The notes under the pieces were generated by a model. It worked only from the letters and a program-made list of their open reading frames with translations. It was not told where the DNA came from and did no database searches. Positions 12,801 to 24,681 of a DNA stretch of 49,099 nt are shown here, piece after piece. Origin of the DNA: Phoronis australis (lineage: Eukaryota > Animalia > Phoronida). The position numbers and the translations under genes are program-made. The stretch is taken from the NCBI GenBank assembly GCA_002633005.1, contig NMRA01000893.1, positions 1 to 49,099 on the forward strand, read 5' to 3'. The stretch's first letter is position 1, and each line of letters begins with the position of its first letter.

Positions 12801-15800
12801 AACAACACCCATGGGAAGCACAACGTTTGCGGTGCTGTTGTGGGCGCATTTCGTCCCGCTGCGTTGCTCTTGCTACATGTATTTTCACATGCTTTCTACA
12901 TACGCTTCACTACCTAATGGTCATTATTATAATACTAATGAACACCCCTTGGAGCATACTGTTTACAGTGGTGGGCGTATTTTAATGATTTGCTTTGAAA
13001 ACCGCTGCGAGCACTGTCATTATTTGATGACCCCTTTAATTGTTCTAATTAGGAAGCTGCACAAACTTTGGAGAGGTCGTTGTTGAAGTTTAAGATTGTC
13101 GTGCAAGATGAACTGAACGTTCATGCTGATGTGAGTATGTTTATTAGAAGTGGCAACTGAGAGACCCAAAATTTTCAAACTGAGAAAACTTTGCTGTTAA
13201 TTCTCAAATATACATAAAAATTAAAAGTTATCTAATTTTTATCCCTATCACAGGTTGTATTCTAGGTTCCTGTGTTCAGTTGCACAAAGCAGTCCCAAAA
13301 AGAGATTCTATTTAGTTCCTTGAACATGATTGTTTTGTTTTTCACTCACTATTTGTTCTTAGTTACGTGTATGAGCTCTTCTTTGACTAAAGACATATTC
13401 GAGCCCTAAATGGAGTCATAGTAATTAGGGATTTAGTCCCTAAATGAGGGACGTTGCATGAAAAGTTCCCTACTTATTTTCAATAATATTTAGAATTCAC
13501 TTTCGATTTGTATCAATGCCAAAAGTTGACATAGCATTGAAATTCAAAAATCATAGGGAGAGACTATCAGCGTTTTCACAAGCCCAAAAATGTGCAATAG
13601 ATTTAAGGAACTTAGTGGAGTCCTTGTTTGGGACCGTTTCTCGCAACTGAGCACACACAAGCAGATCACGTTATGGAGGTGGTATAATTTATTTAGTAAT
13701 ACTTTATTTAAAGCTGCAATTGCCATTTTTAGCCAGCTTAAAACAAAAATCAAACCATGCCTTTTACTCTCATCAAGCCGGTCTCGCAATATTCTTTAGT
13801 ATGATATTATTCCACTTCCGCTGCCAACTCAAAGGCAATTTATGCATGCACCATTTTCGAATTCATTATTTTGGGATTTGCCAACTTAAAAAAGCTTTAG
13901 TGTTTTCTTGTATTGCTGATGGTTTTGATGCTCTTGTTGGTAATGAAATAAAATTCTATCTCAAAATTAAACAGTATTATCATGATGAAATTCATTTGAA
14001 TTTATGAGACTGAAAAACCCAATTCTATTACGGTAACCCTTTTTTAATTACTAGCTAAATAGGGCAAAATACAGCCATTTTCATGAAAGTTGTAAATCAA
14101 CTCCAGAGCTTGCTTAGTTTCATTTCACAATTTGTGTCTGAATTTTGCTGGACACGGAATAACTGATTGCTCTGACTCCAAAAACTGAGGTTGTACTTTC
14201 TATGGCATAGTTTCTGGTATTTTCTTTTATGCTGATAACCGTTGGGTTATTTGCAGAATTTGATGAACCGTCAAATGGATCTGCGGAGGTTATCAAACAT
14301 TGTGATGGACATTTACGCAATGGTGGCTGTGATAGGCCGAGCTTCAAGGTCGATTTCCATAGGTCTACGACACTGTGATCATGAGGTAAGTTGTAGGGAA
14401 GTCAATATTCAGTAGATGGTGCTTAAGAAGAGATAGCCTTTCATTTGCAAATAGGCGTTCTTGATACAAAGACTGTATGCGACTTTCAAAGTTTGTTTCT
14501 GTAAAGCCTCGAGTGTAATTATGTTTGTTTCACTGGCGCCACCTAGTGAGACACGAGTAACAGACGAGTATGCAGTAGGAAATTTGATAATTCGCTAATT
14601 GGCTTGTAATGAAAATATGAGGAACTGGTTGTAATTTAGGCCTACTTGCACACCGGCAATCGTGGGAAAAAGCATGATCTTGTATTTTGATATGCATCAT
14701 GGACTGTTGTTTTAGTTGCCCCTGCTAGTGAACTTAGAGAAAAGGTAAGCAAGTATATGGCATTCAATATGCATTAGGTTGTTGTAATGAATGGACTGAA
14801 TACAGTTAGGTGTTCGTGTGAATGTGACTGCTTGTGGCCTCATGGTTGTGTTTGACTTCTGTCAAAATAGCGCAGATTTATCATTGAGTGTGTTGTGCTT
14901 CTTAGAGGCTGCCATGAACGTAGTTTTGTTGTTTTAGATTTATTAGACTAACTAGGGAAGCCTTTAAGTTAGCAAAATAAGAAAACACGAGTTTGATCAC
15001 TCAAATGTAGGCCTGTCAAATGATAGGTGAAGTTGCCTTTTCGTGGCATATTGCGTCACCGCAAGAACCCAGCACAAACAACAAATGACCGATACCAGTT
15101 GTACTGGGGTCTGAATAGAACACCAATGTGTGTGGGTATTGTTTGCAGCTGGTTGAAGGCTGTTCTTATGGTATCGTATACAAAAGCAAGCCAATAAGCC
15201 TAACGGTTCATTACATTTGGCAATTTATGGCAAGGGTAGTCTTAGAGCAATGCTCATGACATACCAAATTTTCTAGACCAGGTGTTACCCTTCAAGATGG
15301 GCTTTAAATCTCTGCATCAGCTTTTGCACGATTCTGTAATAAAATATCTTTACAGACAAGTCAACTTTCAGATGTCAACAGGCTTTTAAAAACTTTGTAA
15401 ATGTCTTTATTAAACACTTTAAGAGCTTATCATGTTAAAAAGTTCAATTTTTGTTTGATTCAATGTTTTTTCATATGATTAGACGCTCAAATTTTGTCAG
15501 AGTTCTGCGAAACTCTGCCAGATATATAGACAGAATTTTTGGCCTCATGAAATAGCACCATAGTCGATGTTTATCAGAGGTTCATTTAGCCGTTAATTTC
15601 CTAGCTGCGCAAAATGGCTTACCTAATGTTTTTGAATGATAACACAAGTAAATTTAGTTCGTACAGTATGTTGAGAGCATTGCTCTGAGCCCTTTAGTGC
15701 CATAAATTGCCAAATGTAATGAACTATGAGGCTTCTTGGCTTTCATTAGTCTACGTCACCGCAAGGATCACCTTTCAGTTCAAACAACTGCGAATGACAT

Positions 15801-16234
15801 CTGCAAGCAACAGAATGTTTAATTCAGACAATACAACTTCTATCAGCTTTTTCTTTAAGCTAAGATTTGACACAATATGGCACGAAAAGGCAACTTTACC
15901 TATCATTTGACAGCCTGCATTTGAGTGATAAGCTCGCATTTTCTGATTTTGCTAAGACTTTGCTGGGACTATCTGGTTAGCCCTATACATTTAAGATAAC
16001 AAAATTCTGTAGAAGTTACACTTTAAACCAACACACTGAAGAACTTTTGTTTCATTCCAGGCCATGTTGGCACACACATTTTGTCATGAGGCCAATGAAA
16101 GAATTATGCAAAACTTCAAAGAACTGACTGTGGGCGACTTTCATAACTTGGATGAAAACTACAGAATTTTGGCTAAAGACATGGCCCAGAATCATGGCTA
16201 TGTTCCTGTACACCCTCTGACGAAAAACTGGTGA
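729..16234 (+). CDS. ACAD9: ACAD9-type acyl-CoA dehydrogenase / complex I assembly factor, 5'-partial spliced gene (13 coding exons in window)
   Basis: Exons 729-835, 1739-1839, 2519-2669, 3443-3545, 4249-4398, 5410-5480, 7066-7185, 8351-8479, 9271-9350, 10402-10528, 13053-13130, 14257-14385 and 16061-16234 join with GT-AG introns into one frame (1520 nt, stop TGA 16232-16234). Motifs: [75 protein letters not shown]-terminal HPLTKNW. The VLCAD/ACAD9 C-terminal extension has ACAD9-like wording. Confidence 0.93.
1739..1839 (+). CDS. ACAD9: ACAD9 exon: [33 protein letters not shown](G)
   Basis: tttgccAG / GTagga; ACAD motif EQKxKYLPxLASG...AAFCLTE. Confidence 0.95.
2519..2669 (+). CDS. ACAD9: ACAD9 exon: [50 protein letters not shown]
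   Basis: ttttctAG / GTgagt; KxWITNGG motif. Confidence 0.95.
3443..3545 (+). CDS. ACAD9: ACAD9 exon: [34 protein letters not shown](T)
   Basis: tgtttcAG / GTgagt; [11 protein letters not shown] and DKLGIRG motifs (not in ORF track). Confidence 0.95.
4249..4398 (+). CDS. ACAD9: ACAD9 exon: [49 protein letters not shown](Y)
   Basis: atcaacAG / GTaagt; CEVHF...NSGRF motif. Confidence 0.95.
5410..5480 (+). CDS. ACAD9: ACAD9 exon: [23 protein letters not shown]
   Basis: tgtttcAG / GTagtc; aligns to [20 protein letters not shown]; phase fits both neighbours. Confidence 0.9.
6278..6908. repeat. (CCCT)n-like polypyrimidine microsatellite spanning an assembly gap (N 6352-6874)
   Basis: CCCT/CCCTC repeats on both sides of the N run. 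Confidence 0.85.
7066..7185 (+). CDS. ACAD9: ACAD9 exon: [40 protein letters not shown]
   Basis: attttcAG / GTgagt; YxMESMxYLTAG motif. Confidence 0.95.
8351..8479 (+). CDS. ACAD9: ACAD9 exon: [43 protein letters not shown] (ends at catalytic Glu)
   Basis: ttgattAG / GTaaca; ILGGxGY...LRD motif. Confidence 0.95.
9271..9350 (+). CDS. ACAD9: ACAD9 exon: [26 protein letters not shown](R)
   Basis: gccacAG / GTaagc; GTNE and GLQHAG motifs. Confidence 0.95.
10402..10528 (+). CDS. ACAD9: ACAD9 exon: [42 protein letters not shown]
   Basis: ttttccAG / GTaaga; phase-compatible; HPxL motif of the C-terminal extension. Confidence 0.88.
11000..12800 (+). repeat. Degenerate ~140-160 bp tandem array (Helentron/HINE-like core repeats) in ACAD9 intron
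   Basis: Recurrent AAA(A/T)TTGGC, TTTTCGGATGG and GCC(C/A)CCT(A/G)GTGG motifs at ~150-bp spacing; same family as 23240-23850, 37140-37440(-) and 42150-43781. Boundaries approximate. Confidence 0.7.
13053..13130 (+). CDS. ACAD9: ACAD9 exon: [26 protein letters not shown]
   Basis: ctaattAG / GTgagt; 78-nt phase-0 exon filling the expected gap (weak similarity to [21 protein letters not shown]). Confidence 0.8.
14257..14385 (+). CDS. ACAD9: ACAD9 exon: [43 protein letters not shown]
   Basis: atttgcAG / GTaagt; RASRSIxIGLRxxDHE typical of ACAD9. Confidence 0.95.
16061..16234 (+). CDS. ACAD9: ACAD9 last coding exon: [57 protein letters not shown]
   Basis: cattccAG acceptor; LAxTFC, NLDE and HPL motifs; TGA stop. 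Confidence 0.93.
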   Translation, partial: AMLAHTFCHEANERIMQNFKELTVGDFHNLDENYRILAKDMAQNHGYVPVHPLTKNW

Positions 16235-16356
16235 GCGATACCGTGGGTGTTTCATGACGGGAAGATTGTTCACGTGTGCCAAGAATATCCAGACATGTTC
16301 AGCGAAATGTTCGAGGGATGAGGTGTCGTTCCTGCGTTCAGGAAAGAAAGCTCTCA

Positions 16357-16425
16357 GTGAATTGGGTTCACAGCATCAAGTGAATTGGGTTCACAGCGTC
16401 AAGTGAATTGGGTTCACAGCATCAA
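16357..16425 (+). repeat. 3 x 23-bp tandem repeat GTGAATTGGGTTCACAGC(A/G)TCAA in putative ACAD9 3' UTR
   Basis: Units 16357-16379, 16380-16402 and 16403-16425, with one mismatch. Confidence 0.95.
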
Positions 16426-17424
16426 AGAGTTTACGTGGGAATAGTGAGGTTCTTGCTGTAACATGCCTGTATTGTTCTCACCTACCTCTATGCTGTGCTT
16501 AGCAAGGTGTGTCGAAGTATGTTTACAGCGTTGAAGAGTTTGCATAGTGCTTGCAAACACAGGGCGCTCACCCTGGTGTTGTCTGTCAGGTGTATAACTG
16601 TGTTGATGGCGCATGTTCGCATTTAAACTGTCTGATGTATGCTACATATGCTGAGACTGGTGCCATACCTGTATTCAGCAGTATGGGACAATGGTTCAAG
16701 TTCAGGAAATCCTTGTTTAATGAGGCAATTATTTGAGTTTGACAGTAATCATAGAAAAGCGTGGCTTTGGAGGGCTTCAGAACATCATACATGTACATGT
16801 GTGTTGTGGGGGGAGGAGCTGATTGGCTTCAGGTGAAACTTTAAACAATATGGCTTTTGTACTCTTCTCCAAATGCTCTGAGAAATTGATTTCTAAAAGT
16901 TTTTAGAAAGTGCCGCATGAAATACAGAAAAATTGCACCAAATACTGGAATTTGCTGACTTGAGTAAGGACGTTGCGTCAGTCTGTCACGAAATTCAGCT
17001 TGGCTAGTGATGTTATTACTGTTCTGGCCAACAGGAGGCCGTGTGAAATTGACATACAAGATCTGTGAAAGGAAGTGAACCCTGCAGTCAGTTATACAAG
17101 TGTCCCTGTGGGCCTGTGTAAGCAAACACAGCCTAAGGAAGGGTTTACAGACATAATGGTTTTATTACTGCATATGGGTTTTGAATGTCACAGCTCTAAA
17201 GGATTATGGGTTGAACAGGGGACTGTGATCGAGTCCGTTTCGTACTCGAAGTGCTTTTACTTTGAGGTTATATTTTGTGGAGTGTTCACCTCTCAGAGTA
17301 AAGATGCGACATGAATGTTATAGTCTGAAAAAGGTACTCCCAAATGATATGTTTTCGAGCACTTTTCCTTGTTTTCACGTTTTACAGATGGCTGATTCCA
17401 AAAGTACTATACTTACATGTACAA

Positions 17425-17430
17425 AATAAA
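17425..17430 (+). promoter_or_regulatory. Candidate polyadenylation signal for ACAD9
   Basis: First AATAAA I found downstream of the stop, ~1.2 kb after it and just before the inverted-duplication block; unverified. Confidence 0.35.
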
Positions 17431-17509
17431 ATCAAAATGTAGGCCAGCCCAAGTGCGTCGGATTTTTTACTATAACCCGTTTGTATGCAATACGTGACTA
17501 GCCATCCAC

Positions 17510-19130
17510 GGTAGGTATGCGAGTTTGTCCCCAGAGGCATTAGCATTGGAACCGCCTTTGAGAAGTTCTTTGATGAGAAGTATTGTCTTACTGATTAGCC
17601 TGGTTGGTGGCTACCGTCACTTGTAAAAAAATTGTTGAGAATTGATGAAACTCGGATTGTTTCGCATAACGTAATGTGCAGATTGTCGAGTGGTACAACT
17701 TTTTGACAGCTTTCTGTATAGTACAAACAAAACAGTGCGAAGGCAAGTGTGTTTTCTGTGGGATAATATTTGCAGGACGAACTAACACCAGGACAGTCTC
17801 TCCCGGAGGAGAGTAACCTTACAGTTATCATTCCTCAATGCAACTTATTGCCGCATAGGCTGTAAAACGTCGTCGACTGTATTTTGACCGACTAAAGCAA
17901 ACGTCACTCAGATACTTTTGAGAAGATCTCTTGATAACAGACTGTGGTAACTTCGCTTGTCATGGATAATTCGCCTTGTTGTTATCTACTTTAATTACCA
18001 CTCGCGTAAAGAACCTATTGTAGTACAACCTACAAGAACTCTGGTGAATCCATATGTATTTCGCATTTTAAAATCACTTCTGGACAAGAAATGCGATAAT
18101 CCCATGTCTTTTGAGACAGTGAGTATTTAAAACGCATTAATACTTGCGACAGAGAGGTGGGTATAATTTACCACATGGCCGATCGTTAACTCCGTTGAAT
18201 CTAGGCCACATTTCCAAGCAGTTCTCTACGGCATCATCTTCGTGAGCTCTGTTCCCCAGGCCAGCATCATCTCTTTTCGGGAGAATATCTTGGTCAATCA
18301 CTGAGAGGTCATGTTCCCAAAACCACGTTCCCTCGCAGAATTTGTCGCTACCCCCAATCCATATTTGTTCATCGCCAAGATCTGAAAATAATCAATGGTC
18401 GAGCATGCTTTAAAGCAGTTGATTGCCTTAGCTTTTCATTACATCTCTAAGTTTCTCTGTTCGGTGGGCTGGTCATCTTGAGATTTGCCGTGCATGTGAA
18501 AAAATGAATTACGTCTTATTTTATAGTCGCATAGGGCGTCACTTTGTTGACCCTTCTTTTTATTTTTTCTCTATCACAGCTGTTCTTGAAGCCTTCATTT
18601 CCTGAAGGTGGGAATTTGAAATGAGCAGGAAATTCAAGTACCCCTTAGACACTTCAGATCTGTATTCGGCTGGTCGACATGTTTTTTTCACCCCATTCTT
18701 AAATGTTTCATGGTTTAAGCAATCGGCACACAGTGTTTCATTATTGTCACCACATGCACGTGTTATTCTAGGGTAAGAATTCGAATTTACGTAGTTTTGT
18801 TAATCTGAATGAAAAATTTAAAGTAGAGGTCCGTTTTATTGGATTTTGTACGCTTGTGAAGTCTGCCGGCGCAATTAGGTTTGTGAAGTATTTGGTGCGG
18901 TATATCCGTCACACAAGTTTTGTATACCCTGTGGAAAAGGATGTTCAGGCTGGGTGAATCCACAAGAAAGTCCATCGAATGTGCTTTCTGTCGGGTGTCC
19001 TTAGACCCAGTGGTAGCAATGTGGCTTTTTAAACCAGTTTGTTATTCGGACGAGCCAGTCAAATAGTGCTGGTCAGCTTTAACGCATCGCCGGATAACAC
19101 TTGTTGCCTGTGCCGTGAACATAATGTAGC
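17510..19130 (-). repeat. Left arm of inverted duplication (partner ~34460-36838 on +)
   Basis: Reverse complement matches the lectin intron 2, exon 3 and 3' flank, e.g. GAACTTCTCAAAGGCGGTT, GAGAACTGCTTGGAAATGTGGCC, GCAGACTTCA(C/T)AAGCGTACAAA; homology decays towards 19130. Confidence 0.9.
18137..18381 (-). CDS. Paralogous C-type lectin terminal exon, intact but upstream exons not found: LGDEQIWIGGSDKFCEGTWFWEHDLSVIDQDILPKRDDAGLGNRAHEDDAVENCLEMWPRFNGVNDRPCGKLYPPLCRKY*
   Basis: Acceptor tattttcAG (18382-18390), open frame to TAA, CTLD motifs WIG, EGxWxW, ENC, ND.PC..C; ~65/80 aa identical to 35728-35975 by hand count. Confidence 0.8.
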
Positions 19131-20495
19131 GCTATCGGAATAAAAACTCATTTGTCGAATCTTATGGGTTATGGTTGCATGCAAATTTAGCTTAAACAAT
19201 TTAAAGCTGCACTTCTGTTTAGCTGGCTAAAAATGAATTAGTCTTACTTTTGATGTCATATAATCGGTATCACAATATTCCTTACCATTATGGAATTCTA
19301 TTTTTTGCCCTGAACAACACAGACGATACGAGCGTGCCCACTTTCGAATGCGACAATTTTAAGGTTAGCCAACACCAATAAATTACTGTGACATCTTTCA
19401 CTGCAAATTTTCAGAGACAAGCACCCTACTGGCGTTGCTACCTCTTGAGAGAATACTCGAAGAAATAAGAACCCTTACATACACATACGTTGTGCCAGTA
19501 CCGTCTCCCAAAGACGCACTCGTTAGGTATAGTTGCTCTTGTTATAATTAATTTAATCAATACTTGGAATTTGAAAACTTATTTCAAATTTACGTTTGGT
19601 CCCCGTGCTCGTTTTAAGGTTCCTCGGGTTACCAATAAATAAAGTCCATTCCCTGGTGGTGAACACTTTGGTGTTCGGACCACCCTGTTGAATTCTTATG
19701 GCTCCGCCATGTTATAGGACATCGTCACCGGTAGGGGAAACCCTTCTGAATCCGTCTATTGATTTTCAACGATTCTAACAAGAGCTTGTGAAAAAATGTG
19801 ATGGGTTAAAATAATTAACTTGCAGATTTTAACAGAACTCTTCCAAAAAGAAGGTGCAGAGGCTCGGTGATGTCTGGAGCGATTTTTTATAGAATGTCCC
19901 TCTCCCTATATCGAATGCATGGGCCTTAGTACTAAGAAATCGTAAAAAGGATGAATCATAAATAGAAAGTTTATTCAATTCAACTATAAATCAGTAGGAG
20001 TTTCATAGGGATTGGATGCCCCCCTCCGATGTACATGTACATTGTAGATGCTCGGGGCCGTGGCTCTGTCGCCCCCCCCCCCCCTTCTGCAAACTGCTGC
20101 TGCCAAAATTTGGATAAAGTTCTTGTCAAAATTATTTGGAAGTATTCGCATTTGTTATTATAATATTTCTATAAATGTGTTTTAACACATTTACATGTAT
20201 AGCGGTACATTTTAAAAAAATGTGCCGCTAAAATGACAAAGATATTATTTACTCTTACCACCAGCTTTGCTATCGCTATAAATTTGTAAAAATACGCGTC
20301 TATAATAACAAATACAATGTACATGTGCACCATTTGTTCTTACCACCACAATGGTTGTCGCTGTTATTTTTAGATTCATTTTTTTCAGCTGTGATATTTA
20401 TCATCAGTAAAAGCCAATAGTTTATACATGCAAAACTTATTAAAGGCTAGAGAAATTTGTTCCATTTTACCTATTATATAACTTATGTTTATATA

Positions 20496-20916
20496 AGTTG
20501 TGGTATGTCTCATTAAAACCGTGAATATTCAAATATGTAGCAAGCACCACCTTGTGACTTCCTGGATAAGTGTGAGTACAAGTAGAATCAGAAATAACAA
20601 TTTGTAAATGAATTGCGGGTTCAAAGAAAACACCCCAAATAATACACTTAAAACAAGTGTGAACATATAGAAAATCATAGTAATTCCAAATATTACGCAA
20701 TTGTTCTGAAATGAACAAATAATGAAAACTGTGACTTGTTTCATTAGGGTAACGATGATATCTTACCATTATTTACTCATTTACATAAAAATAGATTTTC
20801 GCCAGACTTTAATTGTAACTGATTTTCTAGTGGCTTTTGGCCCACCGAAAGACCCGTGGCTGTTTGTAAACTAGCACTTTATTTGCATATTCACAATTTA
20901 ATGAGCTATAGCATCT
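20496..20916. mobile_element. Non-autonomous TIR element (MITE), TTAA-flanked, Kolobok-like; copy 1
   Basis: Direct homologue of 29686-30131; ends ...GCATATTCACAATTTAATGAGCTATAGCATCT|TTAA; left end has a degenerate inverted copy (CTCATTAAAACCGTGAATAT). Confidence 0.7.
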
Positions 20917-21651
20917 TTAAGAATGATTCCATATAAAAACCATATGAAAATGAAAAATCACTATATATTCAAAAATTCATAGAGAGCTAAATATTTTGTG
21001 CATGTGTTGGGATGCTGGCCAAAAGTAAACTGCTCCAATATTTGCACTAAAAACTGCATTTTTGAACGGTGAATAATCAGACTTTGAAAACCGGTGACAA
21101 AGTTTGACATTAATGGCCATAAAGACTCATGTAAGGTTAGTAAGAAAATGAAATTTGCAACTCTTAGGTACAATTAAATTTCCAGAAGGAGAGAAAACTC
21201 TTATTTAGGTGAATTACCACGAAACTGCAAATCTACTTACTCGTCGGGGGCCGCGAATTCAGTCGGGTTCCGCTTTGGCATCAGCACCGTCAGGGCAGAA
21301 GTTGTACATTGACAATCATTATTTGAGTAATGTAAATGTAAATAAAGGTTCCCCTAACACCTGGCCGTGGGATGGAAATCGAATTATTTCACAACAGTTT
21401 CGGCCAGCAAACACTAAATTAGCATGAGCTCACACGGCCTCGGGGTCACGTCAATTAGTTTTATTGCGCCTAAAGCCGGTAACGCAGTGATTTCTTCATT
21501 GCTGGCTTCTCAAATAATTTGCACTCACGAACACCCCAAAGGCAATACAAATTGCATCTAATGAGACAGACTTTGTTTCAGTTTTATATAAGTATTGGTT
21601 AGGGTGAGAATTATTCATTTTGAAACAGAACGCTCAGTAATAAACTCCAAC

Positions 21652-22220
21652 ATGGCAAGTAGCAATCCCGACTTAGGACGAGCTAGAGCTCATCAGTCCC
21701 GACTTTGCAGCTGGATCGTTAAGTTTTACAGGCTATCAATTCGAACAAGAATACAGTGATGAAGAAATACTAGAGAGGCGCCGTGAACAAGCTCAGACAA
21801 CGGAACGTATGGCTTGGACAGTTATTTGGTAAGCCGGCATTCGTCAGGCACTGTCGACGACTGCAGGCCACAGACACGGAGATGTTTCACGGCCTCATAC
21901 TTGCTATTTACAGCATACTTTTCATTCTTCACTACCACGAGCCACTTCCTAAGCTTTTCGGTCTCTCGAGGAAGTCGAAAAACACGATATGCTCGGTTTT
22001 TTCGCAGCTGCGTAGTTCGGACTAGCAGGAACGATGCACCGCAACATAGCGGCATTCAATCTGCAGATGAACCACTGACGTCGCTAGTGTCGTTTCTCAC
22101 CTTCCTCACAGGTTAACGCCACACCTCTTGGCAAGGTAAGGTCGACCGTATGCGAGGCGATGTGGATATAGACCGATGAAGACGGCAAAAAAGACTAATT
22201 AAATCGGGTGACATTCTCCT
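21652..22220. mobile_element. Internally deleted Kolobok-like DNA transposon remnant (convergent THAP and KolX/nanor-like gene starts)
   Basis: Degenerate THAP on - strand; GYQFEQEYSDEEILERR exon ending TG|GTAAG on + strand; right end ...GTGACATTCTCCT|TTAA (22221-22224). Left TIR not found. Confidence 0.55.
21840..22055 (-). pseudogene. Degenerate THAP zinc-finger domain (transposase N-terminus)
   Basis: MPLCCGAS...FRLPRETEKLRKWLVVVK...HLRVCGLQ fits THAP pattern MPxCC..C...FxxPxE..R.xW...RVCxxHF; second Cys and HF lost by frameshift/decay. Confidence 0.7.
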
Positions 22221-22399
22221 TTAATTAACCACAGCAGCATGGTGCCTTGGATCTAAACCCGCAGATTCCGGTAAGGTTGTCGGTTCTACACCGGTAAGCC
22301 CGGGTGTCATTTCTTTTCATCCAAGCACATGAATAGCGACTAGTTCATTTCAATCCGTGACGGTACCATCTAGCCTTTGATGTGTCTAGGAATATTCAC

Positions 22400-23850
22400 T
22401 GAGGTAACCGGTGCTCGCTTTCTCGCCCACTTGCTTGCGTAAGATTTGCCTTACGTTTCTCTGTACCGCGCATTGTAATAAAGTTAAAACTGTCCAGTAA
22501 AACATGAACAATGCAGAGCAAAGAAATACACGACACACCGTAAGTAAATAGTATTAATTGATATCATTGTAATTCTCGACTTTCACAGTTACCAAAAGTT
22601 TCCCGCATGAGGCCTTCGACGTCGTTGCTTTTGATTGCAGATGGTGGAAATTGTTTGCCCTCGTTTCATGACATCTACACAGTACAAACCATAATTGGTA
22701 ACAGATTGTATTTTATGGATATTTAGCTTTGTGGCGAAATTTGACAAAATAGAAGTTTATGGACCGACCGACATTACAAAAATAGCTAATAGAAAAACCA
22801 AACCTAATTCTCTTGCCCAGTCCTTGCATTCACATGTACCCCATTTCCGTCCCAGGTTTGATTTCCAAACAGGTTTGATTATAACGAGCTAGGTTTGACT
22901 CCCAAACACGACTGATTTTTACTATTTGGGTTTGATTTTTACGAATTGGAATTGATTTTCCAATTTTGGTTGATTTTACAAATTATTTTTCAATTCTTAT
23001 GAATTATCTTTGATTTTTCTAGTTTAATTGAAAAATCAAAACTAAAACTATTTTTACCCTTTCCCCAGCCCATGTCAAGAAGAGGAAAAAAACATAATTA
23101 TTTTTTAAAAAACATATCAAAACTAATTGGTAATTTTACCCTTTCCGCCCACGTAGCCTGTTTGGCGTTTCCACCCCACAGGTTTGAGTTGAGTTTTCCA
23201 AACCACGATTGATTTTCGCGAATTAAATTTGATTTTTATGCGCCCACATATTTATATGTGTACACATTATGCAGTCATCTCCGTCCGTCCGTACGTCCGT
23301 CAGTCCGGCGTCTGGTGTCTGCTGCTCTATTTCCAAAATCTCTTGACGTATGTTTATGAATTTTTGCACATGTGTTCCATTCATAGACGTGACGGCATGA
23401 GCGAACTTCCGGACGGATCCGACTACCGATGTGCCCCCCTAGTGGCAATTTTAGTTTTTTACGTTTACCTCTGTATCTTCAAAGATCGCATTTTCATAAA
23501 ATTTGGTATATATGCACCTATTACTGAGATGACGCTTTCATTTTGTTTTCGGATGGATTCGACTTAGTTTGCGCCACCTAGTGGCCATTTTTACGGGTTT
23601 CGAGTCCGCTTTTCAGCGTCCATCCTTTATCAACCAAACCACTCTAAGGATGATTGTGAAAATTGGCATGTTTGTTCTTACTATAAAGAGGACGGCTGGC
23701 GATGATTTTCCGACCACTTTGATTACTGTAGCGTTTGGTAGTGGCAGTCTTGCGTTTTTCCGCCTATGGCTGTATATTCTAAACTATTTGCAGGATCTTC
23801 ACATAATGTATGAAATGTATTTATACGATGTGCTTTGGCTGAAATTCTCA
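22400..23850 (+). repeat. Dispersed composite repeat (TTGATTTT-rich segment + HINE-like element); partner 41468-42740
   Basis: Shared anchors CGCTTTCTCGCCCACTTG, CACCGTAAGT, TACCAAAAGTTTCC, GTTGCTTTTGATTGCA, CAAAATAGAAGTTTATG, then a (CCGT)n microsatellite and ~150-bp core repeats. Confidence 0.85.
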
Positions 23851-24681
23851 CGGAGTGCTGCTATGGCCTGGGAGGTTTTGCCGGCTCAGTGGAAAAGACA
23901 ATCATTGAAATGTATAAAGTTTAGAAAGTGATATTATACAGCAACACGATTAACCTTTTCCGTCGTTATAATTGTATAGTACCTATTTTTCAGTTGTTTG
24001 TAGACCGACAAGACGATCAGCTGTCAAGGGGGCCGCTGTAATACCCAAGTTTTTTTGTTTGGTCCTAAAAATTCCTTGACCCGATGCCACATTATTTATT
24101 CTAAAAAAAAAGATTTGAGGCATGCGTTACACTTGAACACTAAGTAGAAAAAGTTAATAGAAACCCATGGAAATCGATGAGCATACAAACAGCAGTTTGA
24201 AAGCATGTGAAGTCGTGTCATTGTATGCAACAATTGGCCAATGAAACTGCACATGTTTTTGTAAATGTGCATATTCCGAATCGAGGGCATGAGACAGTTT
24301 GAATAAAAGTTGGGAGCAAATTACAGAAACTGATATGTTAACATTAAGTATTTCAATGAAAAAAGAAAGATGCACAAGTGACACCATAAAACACCCTGTA
24401 GTGGTTGGTAATACACGGTAATATACGGTTAGCCGCGTGTGCCTGTGAGCACCACTGCTTGGGCGGCCGCAACCGGAGGTCCCAAGTATGCATTTGCACA
24501 GGCCAGTTCTCGAAAGGTAATTGGAATTGCCTACTTCGGGTTATACCAAGGGATAATATTTAAATCAATATGCAGACGTTTTTTTTTCAAATAATAAAAC
24601 GCATGTAAGGTGTGCAGAGTTGTCTCAAGGAAAATTACTTCAGGGATACGCTCATAACTTTTCTTTAGTTATCTAGTATTA

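Noticed and set aside
15483-15560. Possible extra ACAD9 exon (TLKFCQSS...)
   Set aside because: Exon 16061-16234 already supplies LAHTFC in frame; this segment hits a stop with no donor
16357-16425. Palindromic 23-bp repeats as a CRISPR array
   Set aside because: Head-to-tail with no spacers, eukaryotic context, no cas genes
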